40,914 bases of DNA from Clostridia bacterium (lineage in GTDB: Bacteria; Bacillota; Clostridia; Oscillospirales; CAG-272): NCBI GenBank assembly GCA_017390195.1, contig JAFPCR010000088.1, forward strand, positions 1 through 40,914, written 5' to 3'. The notes beneath the pieces were generated by a model. That model was not told the origin of the DNA. It saw only the letters and a program-made list of their open reading frames with translations, and did no database searches. Positions 38,500 through 40,914 of the stretch are shown here, piece by piece; within the stretch, counting starts at the first letter, position 1, and each line of letters starts with the position of its first letter. Position numbers and translations under genes: made by a program.

Positions 38500-40782
38500 T
38501 CATTCGATCAAAAAATGTCGAACTCCGTCATAAACCTCAACAACGCAGTCTTTCGGCACGAACGCCTTTGGATTAAGTGCGTTTTCTTCGCTTCCATATA
38601 AAACGAGTCTTGTTCCTCTACCACACTCGATATTAGCCGGTTTTTGAACGGAAGCACCGTGTTCTCCGAAGATAACATACTCCGAATCTATCATAATGCA
38701 CTTCACATTGTACGCCATGTCACTTATATCACTGAGACCGTTGCTCAGATATGTTAAGTCTACTCCGTCTTTTTCGTAATTGACCATTACTGTAAGATGT
38801 AGATCGGAGCGATTGTAGCTCCTTATCACGCACAAATTCCCTGCGGCAAGTTCAAGCCTGTCCTCCCAATCAAAGACCTCTATCTCCACTCCGCATCTGT
38901 CTGCGATCTCATATGCCTCACGGTAAATTTCACTTTTGTCTGCGACAGTTTCTTCGTATAAATATATTCGCCTTACGATATTGCTTGACAGTATATATTC
39001 AAGCGAGGACAGGTGATTTTTGTGCAGATGTGTTATTATCAAAGCCTCTATTTCGGTCTTGTTCGCCTCTTTTATTTGCGAAAGTAGTTGCCTGTATGAA
39101 GAATATCTGCCGTTTGATATGTCGCACACTACTGCTTCCGAGCCCCCCGAATTTATCAGGAGGAAATCGTTATCGTTGTTACTGACAAAGGCTATATCGG
39201 TCTGCCCCGTTGACATTATCCTGACGATCCCGATTCCCACGCTCAAAGCGATGGCAAGTAGTGCCGTAGGAATGACGAATATAATTTTCTTTCTCACCTT
39301 TACCGTAAGTAAGATCGCCATGGCTGATGCAAATGCGATCATAATGTAAAATACAAATCCGTAATTGAGCGACACAACAATTCCGTGCCATGACGACATC
39401 GAGTCTATCAAAAATATAGTAAGCTGACAAAGCATACGTATTATAAATGACAGCGCATATGCTATCGGAGCTATCATATTAACAAATATTAATATGAGCG
39501 AAAGCACGACCGATGCCGTGACGAGAGGAGAGGCTATAAGAGTCGAAAGTACAGACAATAGCGATATCTGACCGAAATAAAGCCAAGACAGGACAACGAC
39601 AAACACGAACGCCACTATCGAGATAAGCAACGATGATATGACATATGTGAGTATCTTTCTCGGGACAACGGCAAAACGGCTGAACTTCTTTAAGCAAAAT
39701 TCGTTTATCGGGGTACTGAAAACGACCAGCCCGAATGTTGCAAACCACGAAAGCCAAAATCCGCAGTCAAGAACAGACGACGGCGAAAGCATGATTATCA
39801 ATGCTCCCGAAATACCGAGAGCCGTCAAGGTGTCCGAATCTGCCGAGATCATATGTGAAATATAGACAACTATAAGCATTATGACCGCACGGCACGCCGA
39901 AAGTGCAAAGCCCGTCAGTGCTAAATAAAAGAGCGAGGTGGCACAGAGCAACGGACATCTGATAAGCTTGGATACGCAAAGCTTTTTGAGCAATATCTCT
40001 ACCGCTCCCATAATTATCGTAAAGTGCATACCGCTCAGTGCCAAAAGGTGGGACACTCCGCAACGGTTAAAGTCAAACCGTATCTCATCCGAAATAAGTG
40101 TGCGATTTCCAAGCAAAAGTGCAGAGGCAAGATTCCCCTCTTCGCCTCCTATGTTACAGGTTAAAATATCAGATGCAAAAGCATTCATATCTGCCATCAC
40201 AGTTGAAAATGTAACATTGTTGCGATCGATCACCGTCGCTCTGTCAAGTGCATCAAGTGAAACAAAAAATCCGTTTGCTAAAAAATAAGAATAATCCGAG
40301 TCAGTCTGCCCTTGTGACATTATATCGTAAACATATGCAGAAAATTTTATACGGTTTCCCGTCTCAAGATATTCTTTGTTCGGGAAAACAACGACCGCCT
40401 TGCCGTAGGCCTTTTCATCGTTCACCGAGACCAGACCGACATTGTATGATGACATATATGAATACGAATAATTTTCAGACAATACCACCGCTTCAAAGCA
40501 CTGCTCTGTCCCATGGTACGAGGACATTTTTTCATATTCGACACCAAAGTACCAAAAGGATTCAAATGATGCTAAAGAAAGTGCTATACTTACGATCGAG
40601 ATGAGCAATATCTTTTTGCGTTTTTTTACAATGGATAGGATAAGAATAAAAACCGCCAAAGCCGCAAACACGACGCCTATGTACAGTGCTATATTATAAA
40701 ATTTAAAACAATACAATATCACCGACATTCCCATAAAAGCCGTACAGGCAAGGAACATAGGGCGACGTCTGAAGATCTGCAT
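38500..40782 (-). CDS. comEC: ComEC/Rec2 DNA uptake channel protein with a degenerate beta-lactamase-like domain
   Basis: ALLLGNR, GVSHLLALSGMH, S.CRA.IM and GFWLSW.AT motifs; many TM helices; start likely 40782 behind GGAG. Confidence 0.9.
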   Translation of the reverse strand: MQIFRRRPMFLACTAFMGMSVILYCFKFYNIALYIGVVFAALAVFILILSIVKKRKKILLISIVSIALSLASFESFWYFGVEYEKMSSYHGTEQCFEAVVLSENYSYSYMSSYNVGLVSVNDEKAYGKAVVVFPNKEYLETGNRIKFSAYVYDIMSQGQTDSDYSYFLANGFFVSLDALDRATVIDRNNVTFSTVMADMNAFASDILTCNIGGEEGNLASALLLGNRTLISDEIRFDFNRCGVSHLLALSGMHFTIIMGAVEILLKKLCVSKLIRCPLLCATSLFYLALTGFALSACRAVIMLIVVYISHMISADSDTLTALGISGALIIMLSPSSVLDCGFWLSWFATFGLVVFSTPINEFCLKKFSRFAVVPRKILTYVISSLLISIVAFVFVVVLSWLYFGQISLLSVLSTLIASPLVTASVVLSLILIFVNMIAPIAYALSFIIRMLCQLTIFLIDSMSSWHGIVVSLNYGFVFYIMIAFASAMAILLTVKVRKKIIFVIPTALLAIALSVGIGIVRIMSTGQTDIAFVSNNDNDFLLINSGGSEAVVCDISNGRYSSYRQLLSQIKEANKTEIEALIITHLHKNHLSSLEYILSSNIVRRIYLYEETVADKSEIYREAYEIADRCGVEIEVFDWEDRLELAAGNLCVIRSYNRSDLHLTVMVNYEKDGVDLTYLSNGLSDISDMAYNVKCIMIDSEYVIFGEHGASVQKPANIECGRGTRLVLYGSEENALNPKAFVPKDCVVEVYDGVRHFLIE

Positions 40783-40852
40783 AGGGGGCTCCATAAGTTC
40801 GGGTACGAAATAAAAAGCAAGATAAAACGAGCTTAAAAACAAAACGTTTTAC

Positions 40853-40881
40853 ATTATACAGCATTTTACATAAATAGTCAA
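40853..40881 (-). promoter_or_regulatory. sigmaA promoter of comEC
   Basis: TTGACT-17 nt-TATAAT. Confidence 0.7.
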
Positions 40882-40914
40882 ATTTTTCAAAATAAAAAAA
40901 CAAGTCGTTGCAAC

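Noticed and set aside
1-40914. CRISPR array, prophage, IS element or defence system
   Set aside because: No spaced direct repeats, transposases, phage genes or recognisable defence proteins were seen.

Overview
Core-genome window (~44% GC by eye) from a spore-forming, probably gut-associated clostridial Firmicute. It holds a truncated DegT-family aminotransferase, an aldo/keto reductase, an ABC-F ATPase, a nitroreductase, a YwaF-like membrane protein and ldh. A complete his operon (hisR-like yerC, hisZ, G, D, C, B, H, A, F, IE, PHP-type hisK) follows, with hisC frameshifted. Next come a bile salt hydrolase-family gene just downstream of tmRNA, an XerC-like recombinase, DUF378, citrate synthase, tRNA-Leu(CAA), a heterodimeric ABC exporter, a three-gene SleC-like spore cortex hydrolase cluster, clpC, divergent pncB/nadE, rhaA, a DedA/TVP38 protein, dpaAB (spoVF) and comEC. 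No CRISPR array, prophage or IS element was seen. Most notable: (1) SleC appears split, with its N-terminal pre-domain in a separate gene and the catalytic gene starting near the mature N-terminus; (2) three genes have a ribosome-binding site interrupted by a hairpin; (3) a sigmaG-consensus promoter precedes the bile salt hydrolase; (4) two families of long intergenic palindromes each occur twice; (5) two small-indel frameshifts may be assembly errors. All family calls come from motif recognition, not database searches.
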